Assembly (NCBI RefSeq): GCF_036321535.1
Contig: NC_087438.1
Coordinates: forward strand, 12,464,001-12,528,000
Source of the DNA: Camelus dromedarius
Lineage: Eukaryota
Length of the DNA stretch: 64,000 nt
Reading direction: 5' to 3'
Both the position numbers and the translations under genes were made by a program. The notes below the pieces were generated by a model that worked only from the letters and a program-made list of their open reading frames with translations, did no database searches and was not told where the DNA came from. Positions 62,117-64,000 of this stretch are shown here, one piece after another; within the stretch, counting starts at the first letter, position 1; every line of letters begins with the position of its first letter.

Positions 62117-63259
62117 ACAGCTTGGACTTCTCCAGGAGAGCCTCATTAGCAAAGATCTGCTCTAACTTTTGCAAAATAAATTGACTTTCTGTTGTAGTGT
62201 ACTTGTTAAAGTAACTTAAGCTGTATCGGCAGAATCCAGCCCAAAAGCTAGCACGTGCTGTTACCTTTGACCTTTTGAGGAGGCGTGATTTTTCCTGTGA
62301 CCTAGACAGAGATCTACAGGCAGTAACAATGTTCCCGTAGATTTGAGTGCTCAGTATAATCCAATTAAATATGTACATTATTACAGCTCATTTGTGGAAG
62401 GATGAAAAATTGCAGACCTAAGGGATATCGTTCTAGTCATGTGTATTACAAGTGACATAACCAAGCCCTGGGGAGTTACAAGTGGCTTGTTTAGCGTAAG
62501 CAGCTGGTAGTGGCCATGGTGAGACTCAAGCCCAGACTCAGGTTCACAAAAGCAGGTACAAGGAATTGTGTTAGTTCCTTTTCCGAGGAGACTGATTCAG
62601 ATGAGTTAATTGTGTGGCTTGAGCAGCCCGAGAGGGCCTCCGCTGATACATTAACTGGGGGCCCTGTTTTAAGTTCCACTTGTCAGGATGGTATTTATCA
62701 CCTGGTCAGCAGGCCGAGATCTAACGTGATGTTGGTGTGTCTCCGAATGCAATGCTACATTCCCTAGTGGTTCCCTAATTCCAAGAAAAATGCTCATGGA
62801 TATGGGCCTTTGGGTTTCCTTAACTTGCTTTTCTGAGCCTATAGGAAAAAATTAAAAAGTGTCTGGCTTCTCGCCTGATTTATTTACTTAATTTTTTTTT
62901 TGCTAAGATTGAGGAAGGATATCTGGTTAATTATTTCCTTTCCTTTGTGTTTAAATGTATTATTTTATAACTGTGGATGAAAAATAAGATATTCCTGGGG
63001 AAAAGGTTTATTGATATTTCCACTTTAAAACTGTTATTGAACTCTAAGCAGGTGAAATGGGCAAAACAGAGTATTGTGTGTGGCCCTTTGCTGCAGCCTC
63101 TCAATTGAAAGCAAGATGGAAACAGAGTTAGGAGAGACTCTCCCTTTCCCAAGGTTGTTTAAGGCCCTTCTCCCTTTTGATTTTCCATGTAGTATTTTCC
63201 CATGTACGCTGGGCTCACTCGGTGTTTGGTGTTCCTGGTTGGCATTCATCTTTTTCCAG

Positions 63260-63398
63260 CGTTACTGAACTCAAGTTCAGCTGCTCACTGCTCAAAAGCC
63301 AACCCTCGAGAGACAGGTGTTGGTTGGAAAGGAAAGGTTGCTTTGTTCAGGAGGCCAGCAACCTGGGGAGAAGGCAGATTCGTGTCCAAGAACCAACA
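63260..63398. mobile_element. Truncated ERV LTR fragment
   Basis: gttactgaac.caagttc.gctgctc.ctgctcaaaagccaa..ctcgagagacaggtgttggt.ggaaaggaaaggttgcttt.ttcaggaggcc.gcaacctggggagaagg resembles ERV1 LTR ends as I recall them. Confidence 0.65.
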
Positions 63399-64000
63399 TC
63401 ATTCTCACTGTTGTAAGATTTTGCCTGGTTAGTAACACTTACCTGCTCTTAAACCTACAGATTATGTTGTGTATATTGCAAACTTTAATCTAGAATTTAA
63501 ATGTTAAGGGACATGATGGTGATGATGATGATTTTAATTAAATTGTATCAATTTCTATTTGTTCGCCTGTTTTGAATACAGTAATTTGTTCCACCTCTCT
63601 TCTACTTACTCTTGAAATTCAAGATGACTCTATTATATAGAAACAGGGCTGAGAAATGGGTTTTAGGTAAAGGAGTAAAAGAGTGAGTGTGTTGTTAGCT
63701 GAACTGTGTACTTTCCTGTAAATACTCTATTTAAATGGGTTAATAACCTCCTCCCCCTTTCTTTTATGGGTGAGTTTGAGTTTGCTGAGGCTAACTGTCC
63801 TGCCCAAGTTCACGTAGCTGAACTTGATCTGCTGACTCCACTGCCCATATGCTTTCTCCCACAGAGTATGTTGGATCAGGGCGCAGAACTCATTGGCCAG
63901 CTATCAAAGTTCTGTTTGAAACTAAAACAAAAAAACCTGTTTTCTGAAACGTGAACTCTAATTACATAAAATGGATGCTTCTGAAAACACAGTATCGTCT

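Larger units (their letters stand above)
29987..64000 (+). other. BASP1: BASP1 intron 1 (partial; coding exon 2 lies beyond the window)
   Basis: Begins GTAAGC; no MGGKLSKKKK ORF in the ORF track; BASP1 is known to have one long intron before a single coding exon. Confidence 0.85.

Noticed and set aside
1..64000. The remaining 60-140 aa ORFs in the track
   Set aside because: None resembles a protein family I recognise; many lie in MIR, L1, LTR or microsatellite sequence; lengths are as expected by chance

Overview
This window is mammalian nuclear DNA, not prokaryotic. It is most likely camelid: it carries five copies of a tRNA-derived SINE that I recognise as the camelid vic-1 type, plus camelid-type L1 3' ends. 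The centre is a CpG island (~28.7-31.4 kb) holding the promoter and non-coding first exon of BASP1 (+ strand, donor GAGCCG|GTAAGC after 29986), recognised from recall of the human BASP1 5'UTR. Everything from 29987 to the end is the long first intron; the coding exon (MGGKLSKKKK...) is not in the window. The upstream 28 kb is repeat-rich flank that may host the divergent lncRNA BASP1-AS1. I find no credible protein-coding sequence; the ORF track is chance ORFs in repeats and GC-rich DNA. The most notable observations are: (1) an upstream ATG whose frame is closed only by a TAG interrupting the CGG repeat and is otherwise open to the exon end, probably in frame with BASP1; (2) a TSD-flanked retrocopied mRNA 3' end in the intron; (3) a candidate L1 3' transduction; (4) an intact MER41-like solo LTR with a 4-bp TSD nested in MER58; (5) a perfect antisense splice donor upstream of the promoter. 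I found no convincing wholly new biological system. Repeat subfamily names come from recalled consensus sequences and need RepeatMasker/Dfam confirmation; most repeat boundaries are approximate.
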